NCBI GenBank assembly: GCA_035548375.1
Contig: DASZTG010000021.1
Location: forward strand, 138,646 to 202,645
DNA: 64,000 nt
Direction of reading: 5' to 3'
Origin: Burkholderiales bacterium
GTDB lineage: Bacteria > Pseudomonadota > Gammaproteobacteria > Burkholderiales > JACQAP01
A program made the translations under genes and the position numbers. Each line of letters begins with the position of its first letter. The first letter of the stretch is position 1. The notes below the pieces were generated by a model. That model was not told the origin of the DNA. It searched no databases and saw only the letters and a list, made by a program, of their open reading frames with translations. Shown here piece after piece: positions 47,751 through 58,522 of this stretch.

Positions 47751-48956
47751 ATGCTGGAATCCCGCATGATCGGTTTACTCGAGGGGCGCCTCAAGCGTGC
47801 CGGGCTGCCCATCAACATGACGCTGTGGAACGGGGAGACGATCCGCACCGGAGCGGATGCGCATCTCAACCTGACGGTCAAATCGCCCCAGGCATTGATG
47901 TCGCTGGCGAATCCCAGCCTGGGTGCCATTGCGAAAGCCTACGTCGAGGGGCAACTGGATCTCGACGGGGATATTCGCGAGACCATCCGCATCGGCGAAG
48001 ACCTGGTTTCCGGCGAGTCGTCGACCTACGGCAGCCGCGCGAGCGTGTGGAAATGGTGGCGGCACACGCGGCCGGCCGATCGCAAGAACATCCAGCGCCA
48101 CTACGACGTGGGCAACGATTTCTACGGGCTATGGCTGGACCGCAACCGCGTCTATTCCTGCGCCTATTTCAAGACGCCCGACGACACGCTCGATGTGGCA
48201 CAGGAGCAGAAGCTCGACCACATCTGCCGCAAGCTCGACCTGAAGCCCGGCGAGCGCTTCCTCGACATCGGCTGCGGATGGGGCGGCCTCATCCTGTGGG
48301 CGGTAAGGAATTACGGCGTGCGCGCCATGGGAATCACGCTATCGGACGATCAGCATGCCTTCGCCGCGCAGCGGATCCAGGAGCTTGGCCTGCAGGATCG
48401 CTGCGAAGTGCGGCTGATGGACTATCGCGACGTGGACGAAGCCGAGCCTTTCGACAAGATTGCCAGCGTGGGCATGTTCGAGCATGTCGGCAAGCGCAAT
48501 CTCGGCGCGTATTTCGGGAAGATCTTCCGCGTGCTCAAGCCTGGCGGCATGGTCATGAACCACGGCATCACCACGAATTCGATCGAGGATGCCGAGCTGG
48601 GCAGCGGCATCGGGGATTTCGTGGACGAGTACGTCTTTCCCGGCGGCGAACTCGTGCATGTCTCGCGGGTGATCTCGGAAATGTCGACCCAGGGGCTCGA
48701 AGCCTGGGATGCCGAATGCCTCAGGCCGCACTACGCGCGCACGCTCTGGGAATGGGTCGGCCGGCTCGAAGCGAGGCAGGAAGAGGCGCGCCGCATCGTC
48801 GGCGAAAAGCTTTACCGGATCTGGCGCATCTATATGGCAGGCTCCGCCCACGCCTTCGATCGCGGCTGGATATCCATCTTCCAGATCCTGGGCACCAGGC
48901 CGCTCGCCAACGGCACCGTTGCCTACCCGCTCACGCGCGGGCACGTATACAAGTGA
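47751..48956 (+). CDS. cfa: Cyclopropane-fatty-acyl-phospholipid synthase family methyltransferase
   Basis: GGGGAG then ATG. HYDVGNDFYGLWLD and SAM motif LDIGCGWGG. Confidence 0.85.
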   Translation: MLESRMIGLLEGRLKRAGLPINMTLWNGETIRTGADAHLNLTVKSPQALMSLANPSLGAIAKAYVEGQLDLDGDIRETIRIGEDLVSGESSTYGSRASVWKWWRHTRPADRKNIQRHYDVGNDFYGLWLDRNRVYSCAYFKTPDDTLDVAQEQKLDHICRKLDLKPGERFLDIGCGWGGLILWAVRNYGVRAMGITLSDDQHAFAAQRIQELGLQDRCEVRLMDYRDVDEAEPFDKIASVGMFEHVGKRNLGAYFGKIFRVLKPGGMVMNHGITTNSIEDAELGSGIGDFVDEYVFPGGELVHVSRVISEMSTQGLEAWDAECLRPHYARTLWEWVGRLEARQEEARRIVGEKLYRIWRIYMAGSAHAFDRGWISIFQILGTRPLANGTVAYPLTRGHVYK

Positions 48957-49543
48957 TCCGGCGTTGCGCCCGGCCATCGCAGGGGCGTGCCGTCTCGGCG
49001 ATTCTCCTCGCGACGCTATGGATGGGGGCCTGCGGGCCTTCGACCGCACCGAACGTCAAATCCACGCAGCGCGGCATGAAGGACGACATCGGCGGCGTCC
49101 TCGAGGAAAAGAAATTCAAGGAAAGCGACGTGACCTTGCCGCCGTACCCGGATGCGGCCCGTTTCATCGAGTTCAAGCCACGCCGTAACAGCAGTAACCA
49201 TTTCTTCATCGATCGCGAGTCCGTGTCGCTCGCCGAGGACAGGGTGGTGCGATACAGCGTGGTGGTCAAGTCGGAATCCGGGGCCACGACCACCAGCTAC
49301 GAAGGCTTGCGATGCAAGACCGCGGAATACAAGGTCTACGCATTCGGGCTTCAGGGCAATCAATGGACGCCGACGGCCGACCCGCAATGGCGGCCGATCC
49401 TGAGGCTCACGCCGGACTTCCGCTTCGCGTTGTACAAGGATTATTTCTGCGATGTCGCCTCGGTCGCGGGGCGTAACGCGGAAGACCTCGTGGCGAACGT
49501 GGTCGGCAATCCGCTGAACAACGTTTCCGACAAGAATCGCTAG
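48953..49543 (+). CDS. CNP1-like lipoprotein
   Basis: GTG 48953 overlaps the cfa stop (GTGA). The lipobox-like LLATLWMGAC is lost if the first ATG is used. RYSVVVKSESGATTTSYEGLRCKTAEYKVYAFG resembles the CNP1 family. Confidence 0.55.
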   Translation: MIRRCARPSQGRAVSAILLATLWMGACGPSTAPNVKSTQRGMKDDIGGVLEEKKFKESDVTLPPYPDAARFIEFKPRRNSSNHFFIDRESVSLAEDRVVRYSVVVKSESGATTTSYEGLRCKTAEYKVYAFGLQGNQWTPTADPQWRPILRLTPDFRFALYKDYFCDVASVAGRNAEDLVANVVGNPLNNVSDKNR

Positions 49544-49766
49544 TCCAGGCCGGGCATCGCCGAATCGAAGTTCGCCTCCGCTCTGGAGAAACCAGAGCAG
49601 GACCAGGTTGTAATTCCGGCACGTCCTGCGGACTTAACCTTGTCGTTGCACGAAAAGGTTAGCCTTCATTGCAACTTGGTCTTGCTAGAGCGGCAAATTG
49701 TAGCTTTCACGTCACGCTGCTTCGCCGCATGAGTGTCCGCTGTAACTGATTCCTGCTCTGATGAAA

Positions 49767-50885
49767 TCAGAGCAGGACTAAGTTATCCCGGTGGATGAGC
49801 TCCGGCTCGTCGATATAGCCCAGGCGGGCCTCGATCTCGTGGCTTGGAGATTTCAGGATCCTGCGGGTTTCGGCGGAGCTGTAGTTGACGAGCCCGCGCG
49901 CGATTTCCTGCCCCTCGGGATCCAGGCAACTGACCACTTCGCCGCGCTCGAAATCACCCGTTGCCTCGAACACGCCGATCGGAAGCAAGCTTTTGCCGTC
50001 GGTCTTCAGCGCGCGCACCGCACCGGCATCGAGCTTGAGCTTGCCTCTCACCTGGAGATGATCGGCCATCCATTGCTTGCGGGCCGCCAGCGTCAGGGTT
50101 TCGGCAACGAGTTCGGTTCCGATCGCCTCTCCGGAAGCGAGCCGACCCAATACGTTGTTCTCGCGTCCGGACGCGATGACGGTTGCGGCACCGCTGCGCG
50201 CCGCTCGACGCGCAGCGAGTATTTTCGTCAGCATGCCGCCACTGCCGACATGGCTGCCGGCGCCGCCCGCCATCTTCTCGAGTGCGGGGTCACCGGCCTT
50301 GGCCTGGCTGACGAATTCGGCATCGGCGTGGCGCCGCGGATCGCGGGTATACAGGCCGGGCTGGTCGGTCAGGATAACGAGCACGTCCGCCTCGATGAGA
50401 TTGGTGACCAGCGCAGCCAGCGTGTCGTTGTCGCCGAAGCGAATCTCGTCCGTCGCCACGGTGTCGTTTTCATTGATGACCGGAATCACGCCCAGGTCCA
50501 GCAGGGTGCGCAACGTCGAGCGGGCGTTCAGGTAGCGCTTGCGATCAGCGAGATCCTCGTGGGTCAGCAGGACTTGCGCGGCATGCAGTCCATGCTTGCG
50601 GAAGCACGATTCGTAAGCCTCGACCAGCCCCATCTGCCCGACCGCGGCGGCGGCCTGCAACTCGTGAAGGGCGTTCGGCCGGCGTTTCCAGCCCAAACGC
50701 TGCATGCCTTCGGCAACCGCCCCGCTGGAAACGAGGACGATTTCCCGGTTGCGTTTCTTGAGGTCCGCTATCTGACCTGCCCAGCGCGCCAGCGCGGCGT
50801 GGTCCAGTCCCCGGCCTTCGTTGGTGACGAGGCTGCTTCCCACCTTGACGACCAGGCGGGTGCAATCGGCAACGACTGATTTCAT
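49767..50885 (-). CDS. proB: Glutamate 5-kinase
   Basis: ATG 50885 ([21 protein letters not shown]...). [22 protein letters not shown] and a C-terminal PUA domain. Confidence 0.95.
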   Translation of the reverse strand: MKSVVADCTRLVVKVGSSLVTNEGRGLDHAALARWAGQIADLKKRNREIVLVSSGAVAEGMQRLGWKRRPNALHELQAAAAVGQMGLVEAYESCFRKHGLHAAQVLLTHEDLADRKRYLNARSTLRTLLDLGVIPVINENDTVATDEIRFGDNDTLAALVTNLIEADVLVILTDQPGLYTRDPRRHADAEFVSQAKAGDPALEKMAGGAGSHVGSGGMLTKILAARRAARSGAATVIASGRENNVLGRLASGEAIGTELVAETLTLAARKQWMADHLQVRGKLKLDAGAVRALKTDGKSLLPIGVFEATGDFERGEVVSCLDPEGQEIARGLVNYSSAETRRILKSPSHEIEARLGYIDEPELIHRDNLVLL

Positions 50886-50916
50886 GGCTTGCGCAAGCGT
50901 GGACCGGCGACGCCGA

Positions 50917-51978
50917 TCATGCGGTCTTGTCCTCGTCAGCCGCCGCATCCGGCCTGGCATTGTGTTCGAGGTGATCCATGATCGCCAGCATGAGTCCGCG
51001 TCCTCCTTCCCCGGTGAGCGCGGAAATGATAAAGCTTTTGCCCGGATCGGAAACCATATGCCGGTATTCATCGAGGAAAAGCCGGACGCGTTCGTCGCGC
51101 TCCTCGGCGGGGATCAGGTCGATCTTGTTGAGCACGAGCCAGCGCGGCTTCCGGTAAAGCGCTTCGTCGTACTTGCGCAATTCCTCGATGATCGCCCGTG
51201 CGTCGTTTGCGGGATGTACGTTTTCATCGAAGGGCGCGAGGTCCACCAAGTGCAGCAAGAGTCGCGTGCGTTGCAGGTGGCGCAGGAACTGGTGCCCGAG
51301 CCCGGCACCTTCCGATGCGCCCTCGATCAGGCCGGGAATGTCGGCAATGACGAAACTGCGGTTCTCGTCCACGCGCACGACGCCGAGATTCGGATGCAGG
51401 GTCGTGAACGGATAGTCTGCGACTTTCGGCCTCGCGGCGGAGACGGAGCGAATGTACGTCGACTTGCCGGCGTTGGGCATGCCAAGCAGGCCGACGTCGG
51501 CCAGGACCTTGAGCTCCAGCTTTAGCCGGCGGCTTTCGCCGGGCGTGCCTGGGGTGAACTGCCGCGGCGAGCGATTGGTGCTCGACTTGAAGTGGATGTT
51601 GCCCAGGCCGCCTTGTCCGCCTTTGGCAAGGACGGCAGTCTGGCCGTCGGTCGACAGGTCGGCGATCGGTTGCCCGGTATCGGCATCCGTCACGACCGTG
51701 CCGACCGGCATGCGCAGGGTGATGTCCTCCGCCGCCGCGCCATAGCAATCCGAGCCGCGGCCCTTTTCGCCGTTGCGGGCGCGATGGATCCTCGCATACC
51801 GGAATTCCACGAGGGTGTTGATGTTGCGATCGGCGATTGCAAGGATGCTGCCGCCACGACCGCCGTCTCCCCCGTCGGGCCCGCCGCGCGGGATGAATTT
51901 TTCGCGCCGGAAACTCGCGATGCCGTCCCCGCCCTTGCCGGCGTGGACTTCAATGCTGGATTCGTCGACAAATTTCAT
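50917..51978 (-). CDS. obgE: GTPase Obg/CgtA
   Basis: [28 protein letters not shown]..., G1 [10 protein letters not shown]3 [10 protein letters not shown]4 NKIDL. Confidence 0.95.
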   Translation of the reverse strand: MKFVDESSIEVHAGKGGDGIASFRREKFIPRGGPDGGDGGRGGSILAIADRNINTLVEFRYARIHRARNGEKGRGSDCYGAAAEDITLRMPVGTVVTDADTGQPIADLSTDGQTAVLAKGGQGGLGNIHFKSSTNRSPRQFTPGTPGESRRLKLELKVLADVGLLGMPNAGKSTYIRSVSAARPKVADYPFTTLHPNLGVVRVDENRSFVIADIPGLIEGASEGAGLGHQFLRHLQRTRLLLHLVDLAPFDENVHPANDARAIIEELRKYDEALYRKPRWLVLNKIDLIPAEERDERVRLFLDEYRHMVSDPGKSFIISALTGEGGRGLMLAIMDHLEHNARPDAAADEDKTA

Positions 51979-52147
51979 GGCAGCGCTGTAAAAAATCTCG
52001 GGAATGATCGGAACGCCACTCTTCCGGCGCCCCGGGCGATCGGACGGCATTCAGCCTGACGGATCACATGGACCGGGCGCAAGCACAACACGCAACGCGG
52101 CCTGTTTCGTTGGAGACCAACTATTTACGCAGCGCATGGTCGTGTCG

Positions 52148-52182
52148 AAAACAAAAAAGCCCTACCGATGCCGATAGGGCTT
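52148..52182 (-). terminator. Terminator-like hairpin downstream of rpmA
   Basis: The minus strand reads aagccctatcggcatcggtagggc followed by ttttttgtttt. The stem is imperfect (6 bp plus partial). Confidence 0.5.
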
Positions 52183-52201
52183 CTGGCTGAACGCGAAAAA
52201 C

Positions 52202-52459
52202 CTAGGCCGGCAGTACGCTCACGGTTTTTTTCCTGGCCGGGCCACGGGTGGTGAAGGCAACCGTCCCGTTTACCTTCGCGAACAACGTGTGGTCCTTACC
52301 CATGCCCACGTTCTCACCCGGATGCACCTGGGTGCCGCGCTGGCGCACGATGATGCTCCCAGCCGAAATCGCTTCGCCGCCGTAACGCTTCACGCCGAGT
52401 CGCTTGGATTGGGAGTCGCGGCCGTTTCGTGAGCTGCCGCCAGCTTTTTTGTGTGCCAT
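52202..52459 (-). CDS. rpmA: 50S ribosomal protein L27
   Basis: [24 protein letters not shown]... Confidence 0.97.
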   Translation of the reverse strand: MAHKKAGGSSRNGRDSQSKRLGVKRYGGEAISAGSIIVRQRGTQVHPGENVGMGKDHTLFAKVNGTVAFTTRGPARKKTVSVLPA

Positions 52460-52469
52460 GGTGGATTCC

Positions 52470-52778
52470 TTATGCCGATATCGTGCCGATCTGCAGTTCG
52501 GTGTAGTTCTGGCGATGTCCGCCGTGACGCTGGTAGTGCTTGCGACGGCGCATCTTGAAGATGGTCACCTTGTCGTGCCGGCCATGGCCTACCACCGTTG
52601 CCTGGACCTTTGCGCCCGCGACGAGCGGCTTGCCGATCGACACATTGTCGCCGTCCGCGACCATCAGAACATCCACCGCGACCTCGCTGCCGACGTCCGC
52701 AGATAACTGTTCTACCTTGATTTTTTCGCCTGAAGCGACCCGGTACTGCTTGCCGCCGCTCTTGATGACCGCATACAT
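52470..52778 (-). CDS. rplU: 50S ribosomal protein L21
   Basis: [23 protein letters not shown]... Confidence 0.97.
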   Translation of the reverse strand: MYAVIKSGGKQYRVASGEKIKVEQLSADVGSEVAVDVLMVADGDNVSIGKPLVAGAKVQATVVGHGRHDKVTIFKMRRRKHYQRHGGHRQNYTELQIGTISA

Positions 52779-52919
52779 GGTGTGGACCCTCGGGAACGCT
52801 TTTGAGGAAAGCCGCGCATACTACAAAAAAAGAAGGGCTTAGTAAAGCCAAAATGCGCGACGCATCCGACTGGGTGCCTGAGCGGCCGCCAGCCGGTTTA
52901 TCATTGCACGGAACGTTTC

Positions 52920-52949
52920 TTGACACGCCCTCTACGCAATTTCTACCAT
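52920..52949 (+). promoter_or_regulatory. Candidate ispB promoter TTGACA-N18-TACCAT
   Basis: Direct read in the rplU/ispB divergent region. The spacer is one nt longer than optimal. Confidence 0.3.
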
Positions 52950-52995
52950 CGCGGACCTTGCTTTCCGCCTGGTCTCATCGCCCCAATTCCCCTTC

Positions 52996-53964
52996 GTGAC
53001 TCCGGAACACACCAACACGCTGATCGCCCAGGATCTGAAGCAGGTCGATAACGTAATTCGCGCACGCCTGGATTCCAATGTCGTACTGATTCGCGAGGTC
53101 GCCAACTACATAATTGGCGGCGGCGGCAAACGCCTCAGGCCGGCGCTGGTCATTCTTTCTGCGGGCGCCTGCGGCTATTCGGGCCGCCACCACCATCAAC
53201 TGGCGGCGGTCGTCGAGTTCATTCATACCGCGACCTTGCTGCATGACGACGTAGTCGACGATTCCAACATGCGCCGCGGCAAGGCGACCGCCAACTCCGC
53301 GTTCGGCAATGCTGCGGCCGTGCTGGTAGGGGATTTCCTCTATTCCCGTGCCTTCCAGATGATGGTGGAAATCCAGAACATGCGCGTGATGGAAGTGCTG
53401 GCCGAGGCCACCAACACGATTGCGGAGGGCGAGGTCATGCAGTTGATGCATGTCCACAACGCCGACGTGAACGAGGAAGACTACTTGCGCGTGATTCGTG
53501 CCAAGACCGCGAAGCTGTTCGAAGCCGCGGGGCGACTCGGCGCGATCATCGCCGGCGTTCCCGAAGCGCAGGAGACAGCGCTTGCCCGATACGGGATGCA
53601 CCTGGGCACCGCGTTCCAGCTGATCGACGACATCCTCGACTATTCAGGCGACCTTGCGCAGACGGGCAAGAATCTCGGCGACGACCTCGCTGAAGGCAAG
53701 ACGACGCTTCCCATCATCCACGCCATGCGCCACGGAGATGCCCGGCAGGCGGATATCATACGCAAGGCGCTGGTAGACGGCGGACTGGATGATTTCGGGC
53801 TGGTCGTGGAAGCCATGAAGCAAACGGGCGCGCTCGACTACACGCGCTCGCAGGCCGAGTCTTCCGCGCGCGCGGCGCGGGATGCGGTTGCCATGCTTCC
53901 AGATTCAAAATACAAGGAGAGTTTGCTAGAATTGGCGACCTTTGCGGTGACCCGCAAGTATTGA
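52996..53964 (+). CDS. ispB: Octaprenyl-diphosphate synthase (polyprenyl synthetase)
   Basis: GTG start. First and second Asp-rich motifs LLHDDVVDD and LIDDILD. Classic position divergent from rplU. Confidence 0.9.
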   Translation: MTPEHTNTLIAQDLKQVDNVIRARLDSNVVLIREVANYIIGGGGKRLRPALVILSAGACGYSGRHHHQLAAVVEFIHTATLLHDDVVDDSNMRRGKATANSAFGNAAAVLVGDFLYSRAFQMMVEIQNMRVMEVLAEATNTIAEGEVMQLMHVHNADVNEEDYLRVIRAKTAKLFEAAGRLGAIIAGVPEAQETALARYGMHLGTAFQLIDDILDYSGDLAQTGKNLGDDLAEGKTTLPIIHAMRHGDARQADIIRKALVDGGLDDFGLVVEAMKQTGALDYTRSQAESSARAARDAVAMLPDSKYKESLLELATFAVTRKY

Positions 53965-53974
53965 AACTCGCCGT

Positions 53975-54052
<78 letters not shown>

Positions 54053-54079
54053 TCAAAACGTTCGCGCTGCGGAGTTTGC

Positions 54080-54346
54080 GTGGCCAAATTCCTCCTCGTC
54101 ATCGCCGTCTTCATCGTGGTCTATCTGTTGTTGCGCAACCACGCGCGCCGCCAGGGCGCCGGCGCCAATCCCGCCGCCGCAGATCGTACTTCGAATTCCG
54201 GCTCCTCCAGGCACGGCGAAGACATGGTGAGGTGCAGCGTCTGCGGCGTGCACCTGCCGACCAGCGAAGCCGTTACCTCGCAGGGCGACTTCTTCTGCAG
54301 CAGGGAACACCTGCAACTCGCTGACCGGGATCGCGCGCAACGCTAG
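54080..54346 (+). CDS. Small membrane-anchored zinc-binding protein (PP0621-like)
   Basis: GTG start. N-terminal TM segment FLLVIAVFIVVYLLL. C-terminal CSVCGVHLP...FFCSREH. Lies immediately upstream of the kinase/regulator pair, as I recall for that family. Confidence 0.55.
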   Translation: MAKFLLVIAVFIVVYLLLRNHARRQGAGANPAAADRTSNSGSSRHGEDMVRCSVCGVHLPTSEAVTSQGDFFCSREHLQLADRDRAQR

Positions 54347-54368
54347 CTCTGCGTCGTCGACGCAACCC

Positions 54369-55988
54369 ATGAGCAGCATTCCGGTTCCCATGCAGAATTT
54401 ATCGGTCGAGCGCCGCCAATATGGCGACGCCTTCTGGCGGTCGCTCTTCTACTTCAACATCTACCGGCTGGTAGCCGCCGGGGTCCTGCTTGCTGCGGTC
54501 GCCACGCTGGGAGACGACGTGCCTTTCGGGTCCAATTCCCGGCACGCGTATATCTATACCAACTTCGCGTACATCGCGTTCAGCGTGCTGGCGTTCGGCG
54601 CCATCCTCCCGCGCAAGCCCTATTTCACGATCCAGCTGGCCGTCTATATATGTGCCGACATCCTGTTCCTGACGCTGATGATGCATTTCAGCGGCGGAAT
54701 CGGAAGCGGCCTCGGGTTGCTGCTGCTCGCGTCTCTGGCCGCAGTCGGGCTCATCAGCCGCGGCAGGCTCACCCTGTTCTTCGCCGCGCTCGCGACGATT
54801 GCAGTCCTGGCCGAGCACACGTACGAGGTCATTTTCGGAGCGGCATCGACGGCCCAGTACGTGCAGGCCGGATTGCTGAGCATGGGCTTCTTCGCGACCG
54901 GATGGCTGGCGCACTCATTGGCCAAGCGCGCGGTCGCGATCGAGGCGATCGCCGCCCAGCGCGAGGTGGACCTGGCCAACCTTGCTCAGGTAAATCAACT
55001 GGTCATCCAGGACATGCAGGACGGCGTGGTCGTGGTCGACGAACGCGGAGCGATCAGGCAGATCAACAGCCGGGCCGAGACAATACTGGGGCCGCTGCGA
55101 CGGTCCCACGGAGAGATCCTGCTGCAGGACTACGCGCCGACGCTGGCGGCGAGGCTTGGCCAATGGCGCCGCGATCCCAGCACGGGTTTCGATCCGCTGC
55201 GCACACTGCAGACCAGCAAGCCGACGGCGGCGAGGTTCGTCCAGGCCGGAATTTCCCGGAACGTCGGCGTCGTCATCTTCCTCGAGGACCTGACGAGGGT
55301 GCAGCAGCAGGCACAGCAGCTCAAGCTGGCGTCGCTCGGCCGCCTCACCGCGAACATCGCGCACGAGATTCGCAACCCGTTATCGGCGATCAATCACGCG
55401 ACGGAGCTCCTGCTCGAGGAATCCGGCCTGCGCAGCCCTTCCCACGCCCGGATGCTGCAGATCATCCACGACAACACCCAGCGCCTCGACCGCATGGTCC
55501 AGGACGTGCTGAAGCTGAACCGGCGCGATCGCGCCGTGCGCGAGAAATTCGACCTGGGCGATTACCTGGAGACCTTCGTGGCGGAGTTCTGCGAGATCGA
55601 GAAGGTATCCTCCGACGTCATCCGTACCGACGCGGAGATCGAGGCGACCGTGACCTTCGACCGCAGCCACCTCAACCAGATCATGTGGAACCTGTGCCGC
55701 AACGCGCTGCGCTATTGCCAGAAGAATGCGGGCAGCATCGTGGTGAGGATGCAGTCGGGACCGCGGCAGGGTACGGTAGAATTGTCCGTAATCGACGATG
55801 GCATGGGCATCGCCGAATCGTTGCGGGGGCACCTGTTCGAGCCCTTCTTCACGACGGCATCCAGCGGCACCGGCCTGGGTTTGTACATAGCGCGAGAGAT
55901 TTGCGAGGCGAATGGCGCGACGCTCGACTACGTCGAGCGTCCCGCCGGCGCACAGTTCAGCCTGATCTGCAAAGGAGTGACAGCTTGA
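54369..55988 (+). CDS. Sensor histidine kinase (PilS/NtrB-like, polytopic N-terminus)
   Basis: About 6 TM, a PAS-like segment, H-box HEIRNPLSAI, N-box NLCRNALRY, G-boxes DDGMGI and GTGLGL. Confidence 0.85.
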   Translation: MSSIPVPMQNLSVERRQYGDAFWRSLFYFNIYRLVAAGVLLAAVATLGDDVPFGSNSRHAYIYTNFAYIAFSVLAFGAILPRKPYFTIQLAVYICADILFLTLMMHFSGGIGSGLGLLLLASLAAVGLISRGRLTLFFAALATIAVLAEHTYEVIFGAASTAQYVQAGLLSMGFFATGWLAHSLAKRAVAIEAIAAQREVDLANLAQVNQLVIQDMQDGVVVVDERGAIRQINSRAETILGPLRRSHGEILLQDYAPTLAARLGQWRRDPSTGFDPLRTLQTSKPTAARFVQAGISRNVGVVIFLEDLTRVQQQAQQLKLASLGRLTANIAHEIRNPLSAINHATELLLEESGLRSPSHARMLQIIHDNTQRLDRMVQDVLKLNRRDRAVREKFDLGDYLETFVAEFCEIEKVSSDVIRTDAEIEATVTFDRSHLNQIMWNLCRNALRYCQKNAGSIVVRMQSGPRQGTVELSVIDDGMGIAESLRGHLFEPFFTTASSGTGLGLYIAREICEANGATLDYVERPAGAQFSLICKGVTA

Positions 55989-57352
55989 AGCGCAAGGATC
56001 AGACCGCCGGGGCGACATCCCGCTCCGTATTGATAGTCGACGACGAAGAGGACATCCTCGAACTGATCGAGCTGACCCTGCTGCGCATGGGGCTCGACGT
56101 CGAGAGGGCCACGACGGTGAAGGCGGCCATCGAGAAGGTGAAGGCCGGCAGCTACGATCTTTGCCTGACGGACATGCGCCTCCCCGACGGCGAGGGGCTC
56201 GAGCTGGTCCAGTTCATTTCCGACAACGTTTCCGACTTGCCGGTCGCGGTCATCACGGCCCACGGCAACACGGAAAACGCGGTCGCGGCGCTGAAGGCGG
56301 GCGCCTTCGACTATCTCGCCAAGCCGGTCTCACTCGAGCAGTTGCGCACCCTCGTCAAATCGGCGCTTTCGCTGCCGCAGCCCACGGCGGCCAAGCCGCC
56401 CAGCGATCACGCGCTGCTTGGCGACTCCGGCGCGATCCAGCAGGTCAGGGAATTGATCGAAAAGCTGGCCCGCAACGAGGCCGCGGTCCACATCACCGGC
56501 GAATCCGGCAGCGGCAAGGAATTGGCGGCGAGACTGATCCACGAGCGCAGCGTGCGGCGTTCGCAACCCTTTGTGCCGGTCAACTGCGGCGCCATCCCCG
56601 AAAATCTCATGGAGTCCGAATTTTTCGGTTACCGCAAGGGCGCGTTCACCGGTGCCGAGTCCGATCGGGACGGTTTTTTCCAGGCCGCCAGCGGCGGGAC
56701 CCTGTTCCTGGACGAGGTCGCGGACTTGCCGCTGCCCATGCAGGTCAAGCTGCTGCGCGCGATCCAGGAGAAGAAGGTACGCAAGGTCGGCGCGACGCAG
56801 GAAGAGCCGGTCAATGTCCGCATCATCAGCGCGACCCACCAGAAGCTCGGGGAGAATGTCGAGGCAGGCAAGTTTCGCCACGACCTCTATTACCGCCTCA
56901 ACGTGATCGAGCTGCGCATGCCCGCGCTGCGTGAAATGCGCGAAGACATTCCCCAGTTCGTCGATGCCCTGCTGGAAAAACTCGCGCGCAATGCCGGGGG
57001 CAAGAAGCCCGAGGTCGCGGCGGAAGCGCTGGACGAGCTCAAGCACTATGACTTCCCCGGCAATGTCCGCGAGCTTGAAAACGTCCTCGAGCGGGCCATG
57101 GCGCTATGCAGCGAAAGCCGGATCAACGCCGACGACTTGCAGCTCACGCCGGAGGATTTGCCGGAAGCGACACCGGGTTCGGCGGGCGGCGACAACAAGG
57201 CGCCTTTGCAGGATTACCTGGACCGGGTCGAGAAGGAAGCCATCATGGAAGCCCTGGAAAAGACCCGGTACAACCGCACGGCTGCCGCCAAGCTGCTGGG
57301 CATCACCTTCCGCTCGATGCGTTACCGGATGGAACGCCTCGGCCTGAACTGA
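55985..57352 (+). CDS. Sigma-54-dependent response regulator (PilR/NtrC family)
   Basis: TTG 55985 overlaps the kinase stop; the first in-frame ATG would truncate the receiver domain. LIVDDEED...TDMRLPDG receiver, GESGSGKE Walker A, GAFTGA, and the Fis-type HTH AAKLLGITFRSMRYRM. Confidence 0.85.
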   Translation: MKRKDQTAGATSRSVLIVDDEEDILELIELTLLRMGLDVERATTVKAAIEKVKAGSYDLCLTDMRLPDGEGLELVQFISDNVSDLPVAVITAHGNTENAVAALKAGAFDYLAKPVSLEQLRTLVKSALSLPQPTAAKPPSDHALLGDSGAIQQVRELIEKLARNEAAVHITGESGSGKELAARLIHERSVRRSQPFVPVNCGAIPENLMESEFFGYRKGAFTGAESDRDGFFQAASGGTLFLDEVADLPLPMQVKLLRAIQEKKVRKVGATQEEPVNVRIISATHQKLGENVEAGKFRHDLYYRLNVIELRMPALREMREDIPQFVDALLEKLARNAGGKKPEVAAEALDELKHYDFPGNVRELENVLERAMALCSESRINADDLQLTPEDLPEATPGSAGGDNKAPLQDYLDRVEKEAIMEALEKTRYNRTAAAKLLGITFRSMRYRMERLGLN

Positions 57353-57411
57353 AATCGCGCCGGGGCGGGTTTGCGTCGGTTTCGAAGTTCGATCACCAGT
57401 CCAGGGCGCGC

Positions 57412-57978
57412 ATGACGATTTCCGCGTCCTGGATGTTGTCCGGGGACGGCATGCTTCCCGCGGCGCGCCATGTTCCGTCGCCTAATTTCGACGACCGGCC
57501 GGATGGCGTCGCCATCGACCTTCTGGTCATCCACAACATCAGCCTGCCTCCGGCGCAGTTCGGCGGTCCGGGCATCGTCGAGCTGTTCACGAATTGCCTC
57601 GATCCGGACGCGCATCCTTACTATCGGCAGATCGCGGATGCCAGGGTGTCCAGCCATTTCCTGGTTCGCCGCGACGGAGAGATCATCCAGTTCGTGGCCT
57701 GCGGCCGGCGCGCCTGGCATGCGGGGCAGTCGCACTGGAAGGGCCGGACGCGCTGCAACGATTTTTCCATCGGCATCGAGCTGGAGGGAACGGACGACCA
57801 GGCCTTCACGGACGTCCAATACGACATGCTTGCGCGACTCGCCGCATCTCTGCGGCGCGCGTATCCCACCATCGAATGCGCCGGCCACTCCGATATTGCC
57901 GTGCCGCCGGGCCGCAAGACCGATCCGGGGCCGCACTTCGACTGGAACCGGTTTCGGGCGATGCTCGGGCAAGCCTGA
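57412..57978 (+). CDS. ampD: 1,6-anhydro-N-acetylmuramyl-L-alanine amidase
   Basis: ATG 57412. VIHNISLPP..., HFLVRRDGEIIQFV, RAWHAGQSHW and NDFSIGIELEG (Amidase_2). Confidence 0.9.
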   Translation: MTISASWMLSGDGMLPAARHVPSPNFDDRPDGVAIDLLVIHNISLPPAQFGGPGIVELFTNCLDPDAHPYYRQIADARVSSHFLVRRDGEIIQFVACGRRAWHAGQSHWKGRTRCNDFSIGIELEGTDDQAFTDVQYDMLARLAASLRRAYPTIECAGHSDIAVPPGRKTDPGPHFDWNRFRAMLGQA

Positions 57979-58361
57979 TCGCTGAGCGGCGCGAACGCCG
58001 CAAACCGGCAAGTCTTCCAGTCGAACTTCCAGCTACCGCGGAACTCGCGACACCAGGTAATTCGCGAACCACTCGCGCCTGAAGGCAATAGTCCATCGCG
58101 CTGTTTCGTTCGAGAGTGCACCGGAACGGAGCAGGCAACCACGAGAACGATCGACTTCCTCGTATCGGAGCCTTCGGAAATCTCTCTGCGCGATCGGCGA
58201 CGCCCACTGCCCGCGCCACGACATCTGCATTTCCCGAAATCCGTCGCCGGATTGCGACAAATTTCACGACGACCGAAAAATTTTCTCGGTGATGCCTTGC
58301 CGCGTGTCCGACACGTCGTGTAGGAGAACCGCGCGGTCTGGTTTGCGAATATAAAAATTTC

Positions 58362-58389
58362 TTGACAGTGTTTCTGTGCCTACTAGAAT
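58362..58389 (+). promoter_or_regulatory. nrdA promoter TTGACA-N16-TAGAAT
   Basis: Direct read in an AT-richer patch about 135 nt upstream of the nrdA ATG. Confidence 0.5.
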
Positions 58390-58426
58390 TAGTTTTTACT
58401 CGCTGCGCGAACACAACATATAGTGG
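58380..58426 (+). promoter_or_regulatory. Tandem NrdR-box candidates
   Basis: Box 2 acacaacatatagtgg (58411-26) matches the remembered consensus acaCwAtATaTwGtgt at 13/16. Box 1 ctactagaattagttt (58380-95) matches at about 10/16 and overlaps the -10. The centres are 31 bp apart, as is typical for NrdR. Confidence 0.45.
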
Positions 58427-58522
58427 TTTAGTGATTTCGGCCGGTTGGATGAGCCGAATGGATGTTCCCGGCGGGTGCAATCGGTTGCTTGCCGGCGACA
58501 AGAAATAATCGAGGGAGAAAAA

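Noticed and set aside
47825-48952. Upstream 376 codons of track ORF 47825..49543
   Set aside because: This part is out of frame over the cfa gene. Only the last 196 codons, from GTG 48953 (the lipoprotein-like CNP1 homologue), are credible.
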